Of a DNA stretch of 64,000 nt, positions 15,001 through 31,400 are shown one piece after another. This DNA is from Auanema rhodensis (lineage: Eukaryota; Animalia; Nematoda): contig OZ059900.1 in the NCBI GenBank assembly GCA_964057225.1, positions 3,410,001 through 3,474,000 of the forward strand, in the 5' to 3' direction. Numbering within the stretch: position 1 is the stretch's first letter; the number at the start of each line of letters is the position of its first letter. The notes beneath the pieces were generated by a model. It searched no databases and had not been told where the DNA came from. It saw nothing but the letters and a program-made list of their open reading frames with translations. A program made the position numbers and the translations under genes.

Positions 15001-18000
15001 TCAGTGCAAACTCATAAAAATAGACTTATTTCGTGTATTATGTGTTTGATTCTCGAATCTTAACAAATATGATCAAAATTTACAAGTATTACAGATTTTG
15101 TACCAAAAATCGGTGAGTATATGGTGTTAAAGGCATAAAAACGACCATACTTAGTGTAGTAATGCTACTTGAGCAAAAATCAGTATTTAAATATCACTAG
15201 CGTTTAATTGATGACTTTTGTTGTTATAGACAATAAAACTATGTTTTTGATCATATATATGAGCGATTTAGCCCAATTGGACTCAAAACTCGGAAAATTC
15301 AAAAATTCTTTCTATTTTCGACCTTTTTTGATCAAAATGAATATATATCAGTGCAAACTCATAAAAATAGACTGATTTTGTTTATTGTGTGTTTGATTTT
15401 TGAATCTTAACAAATATGATCAAAATTTACGAGTATTACAGATTTTGTACCAAAAATCGGTGAGTATATGGTGTTAAAGGCATAAAAACGACCATACTTA
15501 GTGTAGTAATGCTATTTGAGCGAAAATCAGTATTTAAACATCACTAGCGTTTAATTGATGACTTTTGTTGTTATAGACAATAAAACTATGTTTTTGATCA
15601 TATATATGAGCGATTTAGCCCAATTGGACTCAAAACTCGGAAAATTCAAAAATTCTTTCTATTTTCGACCTTTTTTGATCAAAATGAATATATATCAGTG
15701 CAAACTCATAAAAATAGACTGATTTTGTTTATTGTGTGTTTGATTTTTGAATCTTAACAAATATGATCAAAATTTACAAGTATTACAGATTTTGTACCAA
15801 AAATCGGTGAGTATATGGTGTTAAAGGCATAAAAACGACCATACTTAGTGTAGTAATGCTATTTGAGCGAAAATCAGTATTTAAACATCACTAGCGTTTA
15901 ATTGATGACTTTTGTTGTTATAGACAATAAAACTATGTTTTTGATCATATATATGAGCGATTTAGCCCAATTGGACTCAAAACTCGGAAATTTCAAAAAT
16001 TCTTTCTATTTTCGACCTTTTTTGATCAAAATGAATAAATATCAGTGCAAACTCATAAAAATAGACTTATTTCGTGTATTATGTGTTTGATTCTCGAATC
16101 TTAACGAATATGATCAAAATTTACAAGTATTACAGATTTTGTACCAAAAATCGGTGAGTATATGGTGTTAGAGGCATAAAAACGACCATACTTAGTGTAG
16201 TAATGCTATTTGAGTGAAATTCAGTGATTTAAACATTATTAGTGTATATTCGAAGACTTTTGTTATCATAGACAATAAAACTATGCTTTTGATCATATAT
16301 ATGAGCGATTTAGCCAAATTAGACTCAAAACTCGGAAATTTCAAAAATTCTTTCTATTTTCGACCTTTTTTGATCAAAATGAATAAATATCAGTGCAAAC
16401 TCGTAAAAATTGACTTATTTCGTGTATTATGTGTTTGATTCTCGAATCTCACCGAATATGATCAAAATTTACGAGTATCACAGATTTTGTACCAAAAATC
16501 GGTGAGTATATGGTGTTAAAGGCATAAAAACGACCATACTTAGTGTAGTAATGCTATTTGAGCGAAAATCAGTATTTAAACATCACTAGCGTTTAATTGA
16601 TGACTTTTGTTGTTATAGACAATAAAACTATGTTTTTGATCATATATATGAGCGATTTAGCCCAATTGGACTCAAAACTCGGAAAATTCAAAAATTCTTT
16701 CTATTTTCGACCTTTTTTGATCAAAATGAATATATATCAGTGCAAACTCATAAAAATAGACTGATTTTGTTTATTGTGTGTTTGATTTTTGAATCTTAAC
16801 AAATATGATCAAAATTTACAAGTATTACAGATTTTGTACCAAAAATCGGTGAGTATATGGTGTTAAAGGCATAAAAACGACCATACTTAGTGTAGCAATG
16901 CTATTTGAGCGAAAATCAGTATTTAAACATTACTAGCGTTTAATTGATGACTTTTGTTGTCATAGACAATAAAACTATGCTTCTGATCATATATATGAGC
17001 GATTTAGCCAAATTAGACTCAAAACTCGGAAATTTCAAAAATTCTTTCTATTTTCGACCTTTTTTGATCAAAATAAAGATATATCAGTGCAAGCTCATAA
17101 AAATAGACTGATTTTGTTTATTGTGTGTTTGATTTTTGAATCTTAACAAATATGATCAAAATTTACGAGTATTACAGATTTTGTACCAAAAATCGGTGAG
17201 TATATGGTGTTAAAGGCATAAAAACGACCATACTTAGTGTAGTAATGCTATTTGAGCGAAAATCAGTATTTAAACATCACTAGCGTTTAATTGATGACTT
17301 TTGTTGTCATAGACAATAAAACTATGCTTCTGATCATATATATGAGCGATTTAGCCAAATTAGACTCAAAACTCGGAAATTTCAAAAATTCTTTCTATTT
17401 TCGACCTTTTTTGATCAAAATGAATATATATCAGTGCAAGCTCATAAAAATAGACTGATTTTGTGTATTGTATGTTTGATTCTCAAATCTTAACGAATAT
17501 GATCAAAATTTACGAGTATTACAGATTTTGTACCAAAAATCGGTGAGTATATGGTGTTAAAGGCATAAAAACGACCATACATAGTGTAGTAATGCTATTT
17601 GAGCGAAATTCAGTATTTAAACATCACTAGCGTTTAATTGATGACTTTTGTTGTTATAGACATTAAAACTATGTTTTTGATCATATATATGAGCGATTTA
17701 GCCAAATTGGACTCAAAACTCGGAAATTTCAAAAATTATTTCTATTTTCGACCTTTTTTGATCAAAATGAATAAATATCAGTGCAAGCTTGTAAAAATAG
17801 ACTTATTTTGTGTATTATGTGTTTGATTCTCGAATCTTAACAAATATGATCAAAATTTACAAGTATTACAGATTTTGTACCAAAAATCGGTGAGTATATG
17901 GTGTTAAAGGCATAAAAACGACCATACTTAGTGTAGTAATGCTATTTGAGTGAAATTCAGTGATTTAATCATTATTAGTGTATATTCGAAGACTTTTGTT

Positions 18001-18220
18001 ATCATAGACAGTAAAACTATGCTTTTGATCATATATATGAGCGATTTAGCCCAATTCGACTCAAAACTCGGAAAATTCAAAAATTCTTTCTATTTTCGAC
18101 CTTTTTTGATGAAAATGAATATATATCAGTGTAAACTCATAAAAATAGACTGATTTTGTGTATTGTGTGTTTGATTCTCAAATCTTAACAAATATGATCA
18201 AATTTTACGAGTATTACAGA
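3020..18220. repeat. higher-order duplication, 25-monomer offset (8681 bp): ~3020-9540 vs ~11700-18220; approximate
   Basis: 4408/13089, 5138/13819, 5797/14478, 6180/14861, 8957/17638 and 9269/17950 all differ by 8681. Confidence 0.8.
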
Positions 18221-21200
18221 TTTTGTACCAAAAATCGGTGAGTATATGGTGTTAGAGGCATAAAAACGACCATACTTAGTGTAGTAATGCTATTTGAGTG
18301 AAATTCAGTATTTAAACATCACTAGCGTTTAATTAATGACTTTTGTTGTTATAGACAATAAAACTATGTTTTTGATCATATATATGAGCGATTTAGCCCA
18401 ATTGGACTCAAAACTCGGAAAATTCAAAAATTCTTTCTATTTTCGACCTTTTTTGATCAAAATGAATAAATATCAGTGCAAACTCATAAAAATAGACTTA
18501 TTTCGTGTATTATGTGTTTGATTCTCGAATCTTAACGAATATGATCAAAATTTACAAGTATTACAGATTTTGTACCAAAAATCGGTGAGTATATGGTGTT
18601 AGAGGCATAAAAACGACCATACTTAGTGTAGTAATGCTATTTGAGTGAAATTCAGTGATTTAAACATTATTAGTGTATATTTGAAGACTTTTGTTATCAT
18701 AGACAATAAAACTATGCTTCTGATCATATATATGAGCGGTTTAGCCCAATTGGGCTCAAAACTCGGAAATTTCAAAAATTCTTTCTATTTTCGACCTTTT
18801 TTGATCAAAATGAATAAATATCAGTGCAAACTCATAAAAATAGACTTATTTTGTGTATTATGTGTTCGTTTCTCGAATCTTAACGAATATGATCAAAATT
18901 TACAAGTATTACAGATTTTGTACCAAAAATCGGTGAGTATATGGTGTTAAAGGCATAAAAACGACCATACTTAGTGTAGTAATGCTACTTGAGCAAAAAT
19001 CAGTATTTAAATATCACTAGCGTTTAATTGATGACTTTTGTTGTTATAGACAGTAAAACTATGCTTTTGATCATATATATGAGCGATTTAGCCCAATTGG
19101 ACTCAAAACTCGGAAAATTCAAAAATTCTTTCTATTTTCGACCTTTTTTGATCAAAATAAATAAATATCAGTGCAAACTCATAAAAATAGACTTATTTCG
19201 TGTATTATGTGTTTGATTCTCGAATCTTAACAAATATGATCAAAATTTACAAGTATTACAGATTTTGTACCAAAAATCGGTGAGTATATGGTGTTAAAGG
19301 CATAAAAACGACCATACTTAGTGTAGTAATGCTACTTGAGCAAAAATCAGTATTTAAATATCACTAGCGTTTAATTGATGACTTTTGTTGTTATAGACAA
19401 TAAAACTATGTTTTTGATCATATATATGAGCGATTTAGCCCAATTGGACTCAAAACTCGGAAAATTCAAAAATTCTTTCTATTTTCGACCTTTTTTGATC
19501 AAAATGAATATATATCAGTGCAAACTCATAAAAATAGACTGATTTTGTTTATTGTGTGTTTGATTTTTGAATCTTAACAAATATGATCAAAATTTACGAG
19601 TATTACAGATTTTGTACCAAAAATCGGTGAGTATATGGTGTTAAAGGCATAAAAACGACCATACTTAGTGTAGTAATGCTATTTGAGCGAAAATCAGTAT
19701 TTAAACATCACTAGCGTTTAATTGATGACTTTTGTTGTTATAGACAATAAAACTATGTTTTTGATCATATATATGAGCGATTTAGCCCAATTGGACTCAA
19801 AACTCGGAAAATTCAAAAATTCTTTCTATTTTCGACCTTTTTTGATCAAAATGAATATATATCAGTGCAAACTCATAAAAATAGACTGATTTTGTTTATT
19901 GTGTGTTTGATTTTTGAATCTTAACAAATATGATCAAAATTTACAAGTATTACAGATTTTGTACCAAAAATCGGTGAGTATATGGTGTTAAAGGCATAAA
20001 AACGACCATACTTAGTGTAGTAATGCTATTTGAGCGAAAATCAGTATTTAAACATCACTAGCGTTTAATTGATGACTTTTGTTGTTATAGACAATAAAAC
20101 TATGTTTTTGATCATATATATGAGCGATTTAGCCCAATTGGACTCAAAACTCGGAAATTTCAAAAATTCTTTCTATTTTCGACCTTTTTTGATCAAAATG
20201 AATAAATATCAGTGCAAACTCATAAAAATAGACTTATTTCGTGTATTATGTGTTTGATTCTCGAATCTTAACGAATATGATCAAAATTTACAAGTATTAC
20301 AGATTTTGTACCAAAAATCGGTGAGTATATGGTGTTAGAGGCATAAAAACGACCATACTTAGTGTAGTAATGCTATTTGAGTGAAATTCAGTGATTTAAA
20401 CATTATTAGTGTATATTCGAAGACTTTTGTTATCATAGACAATAAAACTATGCTTTTGATCATATATATGAGCGATTTAGCCAAATTAGACTCAAAACTC
20501 GGAAATTTCAAAAATTCTTTCTATTTTCGACCTTTTTTGATCAAAATGAATAAATATCAGTGCAAACTCGTAAAAATTGACTTATTTCGTGTATTATGTG
20601 TTTGATTCTCGAATCTCACCGAATATGATCAAAATTTACGAGTATCACAGATTTTGTACCAAAAATCGGTGAGTATATGGTGTTAAAGGCATAAAAACGA
20701 CCATACTTAGTGTAGTAATGCTATTTGAGCGAAAATCAGTATTTAAACATCACTAGCGTTTAATTGATGACTTTTGTTGTTATAGACAATAAAACTATGT
20801 TTTTGATCATATATATGAGCGATTTAGCCCAATTGGACTCAAAACTCGGAAAATTCAAAAATTCTTTCTATTTTCGACCTTTTTTGATCAAAATGAATAT
20901 ATATCAGTGCAAACTCATAAAAATAGACTGATTTTGTTTATTGTGTGTTTGATTTTTGAATCTTAACAAATATGATCAAAATTTACAAGTATTACAGATT
21001 TTGTACCAAAAATCGGTGAGTATATGGTGTTAAAGGCATAAAAACGACCATACTTAGTGTAGCAATGCTATTTGAGCGAAAATCAGTATTTAAACATTAC
21101 TAGCGTTTAATTGATGACTTTTGTTGTCATAGACAATAAAACTATGCTTCTGATCATATATATGAGCGATTTAGCCAAATTAGACTCAAAACTCGGAAAT

Positions 21201-22400
21201 TTCAAAAATTCTTTCTATTTTCGACCTTTTTTGATCAAAATAAAGATATATCAGTGCAAGCTCATAAAAATAGACTGATTTTGTTTATTGTGTGTTTGAT
21301 TTTTGAATCTTAACAAATATGATCAAAATTTACGAGTATTACAGATTTTGTACCAAAAATCGGTGAGTATATGGTGTTAAAGGCATAAAAACGACCATAC
21401 TTAGTGTAGTAATGCTATTTGAGCGAAAATCAGTATTTAAACATCACTAGCGTTTAATTGATGACTTTTGTTGTCATAGACAATAAAACTATGCTTCTGA
21501 TCATATATATGAGCGATTTAGCCAAATTAGACTCAAAACTCGGAAATTTCAAAAATTCTTTCTATTTTCGACCTTTTTTGATCAAAATGAATATATATCA
21601 GTGCAAGCTCATAAAAATAGACTGATTTTGTGTATTGTATGTTTGATTCTCAAATCTTAACGAATATGATCAAAATTTACGAGTATTACAGATTTTGTAC
21701 CAAAAATCGGTGAGTATATGGTGTTAAAGGCATAAAAACGACCATACATAGTGTAGTAATGCTATTTGAGCGAAATTCAGTATTTAAACATCACTAGCGT
21801 TTAATTGATGACTTTTGTTGTTATAGACATTAAAACTATGTTTTTGATCATATATATGAGCGATTTAGCCAAATTGGACTCAAAACTCGGAAATTTCAAA
21901 AATTATTTCTATTTTCGACCTTTTTTGATCAAAATGAATAAATATCAGTGCAAGCTTGTAAAAATAGACTTATTTTGTGTATTATGTGTTTGATTCTCGA
22001 ATCTTAACAAATATGATCAAAATTTACAAGTATTACAGATTTTGTACCAAAAATCGGTGAGTATATGGTGTTAAAGGCATAAAAACGACCATACTTAGTG
22101 TAGTAATGCTATTTGAGTGAAATTCAGTGATTTAATCATTATTAGTGTATATTCGAAGACTTTTGTTATCATAGACAGTAAAACTATGCTTTTGATCATA
22201 TATATGAGCGATTTAGCCCAATTCGACTCAAAACTCGGAAAATTCAAAAATTCTTTCTATTTTCGACCTTTTTTGATGAAAATGAATATATATCAGTGTA
22301 AACTCATAAAAATAGACTGATTTTGTGTATTGTGTGTTTGATTCTCAAATCTTAACAAATATGATCAAATTTTACGAGTATTACAGATTTTGTACCAAAA
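14140..22400. repeat. tandem duplication of a 12-monomer block (4167 bp); approximate
   Basis: 14169/18336, 14478/18645, 16214/20381, 17638/21805 and 17950/22117 differ by 4167. Confidence 0.87.
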
Positions 22401-25400
22401 ATCGGTGAGTATATGGTGTTAAAGGCATAAAAACGACCATACTTAGTGTAGCAATGCTATTTGAGCGAAAATCAGTATTTAAACATTACTAGCGTTTAAT
22501 TGAAGATTTTTGTTGTCATAGACAATAAAACTATGCTTCTGATCATATATATGAGCGATTTAGCCAAATTAGACTCAAAACTCGGAAATTTCAAAAATTC
22601 TTTCTATTTTCGACCTTTTTTGATCAAAATGAATAAATATCAGTGCAAGCTCATAAAAATAGACTGATTTTGTTTATTGTGTGTTTGATTTTTGAATCTT
22701 AACAAATATGATCAAAATTTACGAGTATTACAGATTTTGTACCAAAAATCGGTGAGTATATGGTGTTAAAGGCATAAAAACGACCATACTTAGTGTAGTA
22801 ATGCTATTTGAGCGAAAATCAGTATTTAAACATCACTAGCGTTTAATTGATGACTTTTGTTGTCATAGACAATAAAACTATGCTTCTGATCATATATATG
22901 AGCGATTTAGCCAAATTAGACTCAAAACTCGGAAATTTCAAAAATTCTTTCTATTTTCGACCTTTTTTGATCAAAATGAATAAATATCAGTGCAAACTCA
23001 TAAAAATAGACTTATTTCGTGTATTATGTGTTTGATTCTCGAATCTTAACGAATATGATCAAAATTTACAAGTATTACAGATTTTGTACCAAAAATCGGT
23101 GAGTATATGGTGTTAGAGGCATAAAAACGACCATACTTAGTGTAGTAATGCTATTTGAGCGAAATTCAGTATTTAAACATTATTAGTGTATATTCGAAGA
23201 CTTTTGTTATCATAGACAATAAAACTATGCTTTTGATCATATATATGAGCGATTTAGCCAAATTGGACTCAAAACTCGGAAATTTCAAAAATTATTTCTA
23301 TTTTCGACCTTTTTTGATCAAAATGAATAAATATCAGTGCAAACTTGTAAAAATAGACTTATTTTGTGTATTATGTGTTTGATTCTCGAATCTTAACAAA
23401 TATGATCAAAATTTACAAGTATTACAGATTTTGTACCAAAAATCGGTGAGTATATGGTGTTAAAGGCATAAAAACGACCATACTTAGTGTAGTAATGCTA
23501 TTTGAGTGAAATTCAGTGATTTAATCATTATTAGTGTATATTCGAAGACTTTTGTTATCATAGACAGTAAAACTATGCTTTTGATCATATATATGAGCGA
23601 TTTAGCCCAATTCGACTCAAAACTCGGAAAATTCAAAAATTCTTTCTATTTTCGACCTTTTTTGATGAAAATGAATATATATCAGTGTAAACTCATAAAA
23701 ATAGACTGATTTTGTGTATTGTGTGTTTGATTCTCAAATCTTAACAAATATGATCAAATTTTACGAGTATTACAGATTTTGTACCAAAAATTGGTGAGTA
23801 TATGGTGTTAAAGGCATAAAAACGACCATACTTAGTGTAGTAATGCTATTTGAGCGAAAATCAGTATTTAAACATCACTAGCGTTTAATTGAAGATTTTT
23901 GTTGTCATAGACAATAAAACTATGCTTCTGATCATATATATGAGCGATTTAGCCAAATTAGACTCAAAACTCGGAAATTTCAAAAATTCTTTCTATTTTC
24001 GACCTTTTTTGATCAAAATGAATAAATATCAGTGCAAACTCATAAAAATAGACTTATTTCGTGTATTATGTGTTTGTTTCTCGAATCTTAACGAATATGA
24101 TCAAAATTTACAAGTATTACAGATTTTGTACCAAAAATCGGTGAGTATATGGTGTTAAAGGCATAAAAATGACCATACTTAGTGTAGTAATGCATTTGAG
24201 TGAAATTCAGTGATTTACACATTATTAGTGTATATTTGAAAACTTTTGTTATCATAGACAGTAAAACTATGCTTTTGATCATATATATGAGCGATTTAGC
24301 CCAATTGGACTCAAAACTCGGAAAATTCAAAAATTCTTCTATTTTCGACCTTTTTTGATCAAAATGAATATATATCAGTGCAAACTCATAAATATAGACT
24401 GATTTTGTTTATTGTGTGTTTGATTTTCAAATCTTAACGAATATGATCAAAATTTACGAGTATTACAGATTTTGTACCAAAAATCGGTGAGTATATGGTG
24501 TTAAAGGCATAAAAACGACCATACTTAGTGTAGTAATGCTATTTGAGCGAAAATCAGTATTTAAACATCACTAGCGTTTAATTGATGACTTTTGTTGTCA
24601 TAGACAATAAAACTATGCTTCTGATCATATAAATGAGCGATTTAGCCAAATTAGACTCAAAACTCGGAAATTTCAAAAATTCTTTCTATTTTCGACCTTT
24701 TTTGATCAAAATGAATATATATCAGTGCAAGCTCATAAAAATAGACTGATTTTGTGTATTGTATGTTTGATTCTCAAATCTTAACGAATATGATCGAAAT
24801 TTACGAGTATTACAGATTTTGTACCAAAAATCGGTGAGTATATGGTGTTAAAGGCATAAAAACGACCATACTTAGTGTAGTAATGCTATTTGAGCGAAAT
24901 TCAGTATTTAAACATCACTAGCGTTTAATTGATGACTTTTGTTGTCATAGACATTAAAACTATGCTTTTGATCATATAAATGAGCGATTTAGCCAAATTA
25001 GACTCAAAACTCGGAAATTTCAAAAATTCTTTCTATTTTCGACCTTTTTTGATCAAAATGAATATATATCAGTGCAAACTCATAAAAATAGACTTATTTC
25101 GTGTATTATGTGTTTGATTCTCGAATGTTAACAAATATGATCAAAATTTACAAGTATTACAGATTTTGTACCAAAAATCGGTGAGTATATGGTGTTAAAG
25201 GCATAAAAACGACCATACTTAGTGTAGTAATGCTATTTGAGCGAAAATCAGTATTTAAACATCACTAGCGTTTAATTGATGACTTTTGTTGTTATAGACA
25301 ATAAAACTATGTTTTTGATCATATATATGAGCGATTTAGCCCAATTGGACTCAAAACTCGGAAATTTCAAAAATTCTTTCTATTTTCGACCTTTTTTGAT

Positions 25401-28400
25401 CAAAATGAATAAATATCAGTGCAAACTCATAAAAATAGACTTATTTCGTGTATTATGTGTTTGATTCTCGAATCTTAACGAATATGATCAAAATTTACGA
25501 GTATCACAGATTTTGTACCAAAAATCGGTGAGTATATGGTGTTAAAGGCATAAAAACGACCATACTTAGTGTAGTAATGCTATTTGAGCGAAAATCAGTA
25601 TTTAAACATCACTAGCGTTTAATTGATGACTTTTGTTGTTATAGACAATAAAACTATGTTTTTGATCATATATATGAGCGATTTAGCCCAATTGGACTCA
25701 AAACTCGGAAAATTCAAAAATTCTTTCTATTTTCGACCTTTTTTGATCAAAATGAATATATATCAGTGCAAACTCATAAAAATAGACTGATTTTGTTTAT
25801 TGTGTGTTTGATTTTCAAATCTTAACGAATATGATCAAAATTTACAAGTATTACAGATTTTGTACCAAAAATCGGTGAGTATATGGTGTTAAAGGCATAA
25901 AAACGACCATACTTAGTGTAGTAATGCTATTTGAGCGAAAATCAGTATTTAAACATCACTAGCGTTTAATTGATGACTTTTGTTGTTATAGACAATAAAA
26001 CTATGTTTTTGATCATATATATGAGCGATTTAGCCCAATTGGACTCAAAACTCGGAAATTTCAAAAATTCTTTCTATTTTCGACCTTTTTTGATCAAAAT
26101 GAATAAATATCAGTGCAAACTCATAAAAATAGACTTATTTCGTGTATTATGTGTTTGATTCTCGAATCTTAACGAATATGATCAAAATTTACAAGTATTA
26201 CAGATTTTGTACCAAAAATCGGTGAGTATATGGTGTTAGAGGCATAAAAACGACCATACTTAGTGTAGTAATGCTATTTGAGTGAAATTCAGTGATTTAA
26301 ACATTATTAGTGTATATTCGAAGACTTTTGTTATCATAGACAATAAAACTATGCTTTTGATCATATATATGAGCGATTTAGCCAAATTAGACTCAAAACT
26401 CGGAAATTTCAAAAATTCTTTCTATTTTCGACCTTTTTTGATCAAAATGAATAAATATCAGTGCAAACTCGTAAAAATTGACTTATTTCGTGTATTATGT
26501 GTTTGATTCTCGAATCTCACCGAATATGATCAAAATTTACGAGTATCACAGATTTTGTACCAAAAATCGGTGAGTATATGGTGTTAAAGGCATAAAAACG
26601 ACCATACTTAGTGTAGTAATGCTATTTGAGCGAAAATCAGTATTTAAACATCACTAGCGTTTAATTGATGACTTTTGTTGTTATAGACAATAAAACTATG
26701 TTTTTGATCATATATATGAGCGATTTAGCCCAATTGGACTCAAAACTCGGAAAATTCAAAAATTCTTTCTATTTTCGACCTTTTTTGATCAAAATGAATA
26801 TATATCAGTGCAAACTCATAAAAATAGACTGATTTTGTTTATTGTGTGTTTGATTTTTGAATCTTAACAAATATGATCAAAATTTACAAGTATTACAGAT
26901 TTTGTACCAAAAATCGGTGAGTATATGGTGTTAAAGGCATAAAAACGACCATACTTAGTGTAGCAATGCTATTTGAGCGAAAATCAGTATTTAAACATTA
27001 CTAGCGTTTAATTGATGACTTTTGTTGTCATAGACAATAAAACTATGCTTCTGATCATATATATGAGCGATTTAGCCAAATTAGACTCAAAACTCGGAAA
27101 TTTCAAAAATTCTTTCTATTTTCGACCTTTTTTGATCAAAATAAAGATATATCAGTGCAAGCTCATAAAAATAGACTGATTTTGTTTATTGTGTGTTTGA
27201 TTTTTGAATCTTAACAAATATGATCAAAATTTACGAGTATTACAGATTTTGTACCAAAAATCGGTGAGTATATGGTGTTAAAGGCATAAAAACGACCATA
27301 CTTAGTGTAGTAATGCTATTTGAGCGAAAATCAGTATTTAAACATCACTAGCGTTTAATTGATGACTTTTGTTGTCATAGACAATAAAACTATGCTTCTG
27401 ATCATATATATGAGCGATTTAGCCAAATTAGACTCAAAACTCGGAAATTTCAAAAATTCTTTCTATTTTCGACCTTTTTTGATCAAAATGAATATATATC
27501 AGTGCAAGCTCATAAAAATAGACTGATTTTGTGTATTGTATGTTTGATTCTCAAATCTTAACGAATATGATCAAAATTTACGAGTATTACAGATTTTGTA
27601 CCAAAAATCGGTGAGTATATGGTGTTAAAGGCATAAAAACGACCATACATAGTGTAGTAATGCTATTTGAGCGAAATTCAGTATTTAAACATCACTAGCG
27701 TTTAATTGATGACTTTTGTTGTTATAGACATTAAAACTATGTTTTTGATCATATATATGAGCGATTTAGCCAAATTGGACTCAAAACTCGGAAATTTCAA
27801 AAATTATTTCTATTTTCGACCTTTTTTGATCAAAATGAATAAATATCAGTGCAAGCTTGTAAAAATAGACTTATTTTGTGTATTATGTGTTTGATTCTCG
27901 AATCTTAACAAATATGATCAAAATTTACAAGTATTACAGATTTTGTACCAAAAATCGGTGAGTATATGGTGTTAAAGGCATAAAAACGACCATACTTAGT
28001 GTAGTAATGCTATTTGAGTGAAATTCAGTGATTTAATCATTATTAGTGTATATTCGAAGACTTTTGTTATCATAGACAGTAAAACTATGCTTTTGATCAT
28101 ATATATGAGCGATTTAGCCCAATTCGACTCAAAACTCGGAAAATTCAAAAATTCTTTCTATTTTCGACCTTTTTTGATGAAAATGAATATATATCAGTGT
28201 AAACTCATAAAAATAGACTGATTTTGTGTATTGTGTGTTTGATTCTCAAATCTTAACAAATATGATCAAATTTTACGAGTATTACAGATTTTGTACCAAA
28301 AATCGGTGAGTATATGGTGTTAAAGGCATAAAAACGACCATACTTAGTGTAGCAATGCTATTTGAGCGAAAATCAGTATTTAAACATTACTAGCGTTTAA

Positions 28401-31400
28401 TTGAAGATTTTTGTTGTCATAGACAATAAAACTATGCTTCTGATCATATATATGAGCGATTTAGCCAAATTAGACTCAAAACTCGGAAATTTCAAAAATT
28501 CTTTCTATTTTCGACCTTTTTTGATCAAAATGAATAAATATCAGTGCAAGCTCATAAAAATAGACTGATTTTGTTTATTGTGTGTTTGATTTTTGAATCT
28601 TAACAAATATGATCAAAATTTACGAGTATTACAGATTTTGTACCAAAAATCGGTGAGTATATGGTGTTAAAGGCATAAAAACGACCATACTTAGTGTAGT
28701 AATGCTATTTGAGCGAAAATCAGTATTTAAACATCACTAGCGTTTAATTGATGACTTTTGTTGTCATAGACAATAAAACTATGCTTCTGATCATATATAT
28801 GAGCGATTTAGCCAAATTAGACTCAAAACTCGGAAATTTCAAAAATTCTTTCTATTTTCGACCTTTTTTGATCAAAATGAATATATATCAGTGCAAGCTC
28901 ATAAAAATAGACTGATTTTGTGTATTGTATGTTTGATTCTCAAATCTTAACGAATATGATCAAAATTTACGAGTATTACAGATTTTGTACCAAAAATCGG
29001 TGAGTATATGGTGTTAAAGGCATAAAAACGACCATACATAGTGTAGTAATGCTATTTGAGCGAAATTCAGTATTTAAACATCACTAGCGTTTAATTGATG
29101 ACTTTTGTTGTTATAGACATTAAAACTATGTTTTTGATCATATATATGAGCGATTTAGCCAAATTGGACTCAAAACTCGGAAATTTCAAAAATTATTTCT
29201 ATTTTCGACCTTTTTTGATCAAAATGAATAAATATCAGTGCAAACTTGTAAAAATAGACTTATTTTGTGTATTATGTGTTTGATTCTCGAATCTTAACAA
29301 ATATGATCAAAATTTACAAGTATTACAGATTTTGTACCAAAAATCGGTGAGTATATGGTGTTAAAGGCATAAAAACGACCATACTTAGTGTAGTAATGCT
29401 ATTTGAGTGAAATTCAGTGATTTAATCATTATTAGTGTATATTCGAAGACTTTTGTTATCATAGACAGTAAAACTATGCTTTTGATCATATATATGAGCG
29501 ATTTAGCCCAATTCGACTCAAAACTCGGAAAATTCAAAAATTCTTTCTATTTTCGACCTTTTTTGATGAAAATGAATATATATCAGTGTAAACTCATAAA
29601 AATAGACTGATTTTGTGTATTGTGTGTTTGATTCTCAAATCTTAACAAATATGATCAAATTTTACGAGTATTACAGATTTTGTACCAAAAATTGGTGAGT
29701 ATATGGTGTTAAAGGCATAAAAACGACCATACTTAGTGTAGTAATGCTATTTGAGCGAAAATCAGTATTTAAACATCACTAGCGTTTAATTGAAGATTTT
29801 TGTTGTCATAGACAATAAAACTATGCTTCTGATCATATATATGAGCGATTTAGCCAAATTAGACTCAAAACTCGGAAATTTCAAAAATTCTTTCTATTTT
29901 CGACCTTTTTTGATCAAAATGAATAAATATCAGTGCAAACTCATAAAAATAGACTTATTTCGTGTATTATGTGTTTGTTTCTCGAATCTTAACGAATATG
30001 ATCAAAATTTACAAGTATTACAGATTTTGTACCAAAAATCGGTGAGTATATGGTGTTAAAGGCATAAAAATGACCATACTTAGTGTAGTAATGCATTTGA
30101 GTGAAATTCAGTGATTTACACATTATTAGTGTATATTTGAAAACTTTTGTTATCATAGACAGTAAAACTATGCTTTTGATCATATATATGAGCGATTTAG
30201 CCCAATTGGACTCAAAACTCGGAAAATTCAAAAATTCTTCTATTTTCGACCTTTTTTGATCAAAATGAATATATATCAGTGCAAACTCATAAATATAGAC
30301 TGATTTTGTTTATTGTGTGTTTGATTTTCAAATCTTAACGAATATGATCAAAATTTACGAGTATTACAGATTTTGTACCAAAAATCGGTGAGTATATGGT
30401 GTTAAAGGCATAAAAACGACCATACTTAGTGTAGTAATGCTATTTGAGCGAAAATCAGTATTTAAACATCACTAGCGTTTAATTGATGACTTTTGTTGTC
30501 ATAGACAATAAAACTATGCTTCTGATCATATAAATGAGCGATTTAGCCAAATTAGACTCAAAACTCGGAAATTTCAAAAATTCTTTCTATTTTCGACCTT
30601 TTTTGATCAAAATGAATATATATCAGTGCAAGCTCATAAAAATAGACTGATTTTGTGTATTGTATGTTTGATTCTCAAATCTTAACGAATATGATCGAAA
30701 TTTACGAGTATTACAGATTTTGTACCAAAAATCGGTGAGTATATGGTGTTAAAGGCATAAAAACGACCATACTTAGTGTAGTAATGCTATTTGAGCGAAA
30801 TTCAGTATTTAAACATCACTAGCGTTTAATTGATGACTTTTGTTGTCATAGACATTAAAACTATGCTTTTGATCATATAAATGAGCGATTTAGCCAAATT
30901 AGACTCAAAACTCGGAAATTTCAAAAATTCTTTCTATTTTCGACCTTTTTTGATCAAAATGAATATATATCAGTGCAAACTCATAAAAATAGACTTATTT
31001 CGTGTATTATGTGTTTGATTCTCGAATGTTAACAAATATGATCAAAATTTACAAGTATTACAGATTTTGTACCAAAAATCGGTGAGTATATGGTGTTAAA
31101 GGCATAAAAACGACCATACTTAGTGTAGTAATGCTATTTGAGCGAAAATCAGTATTTAAACATCACTAGCGTTTAATTGATGACTTTTGTTGTTATAGAC
31201 AATAAAACTATGTTTTTGATCATATATATGAGCGATTTAGCCCAATTGGACTCAAAACTCGGAAATTTCAAAAATTCTTTCTATTTTCGACCTTTTTTGA
31301 TCAAAATGAATAAATATCAGTGCAAACTCATAAAAATAGACTTATTTCGTGTATTATGTGTTTGATTCTCGAATCTTAACGAATATGATCAAAATTTACG

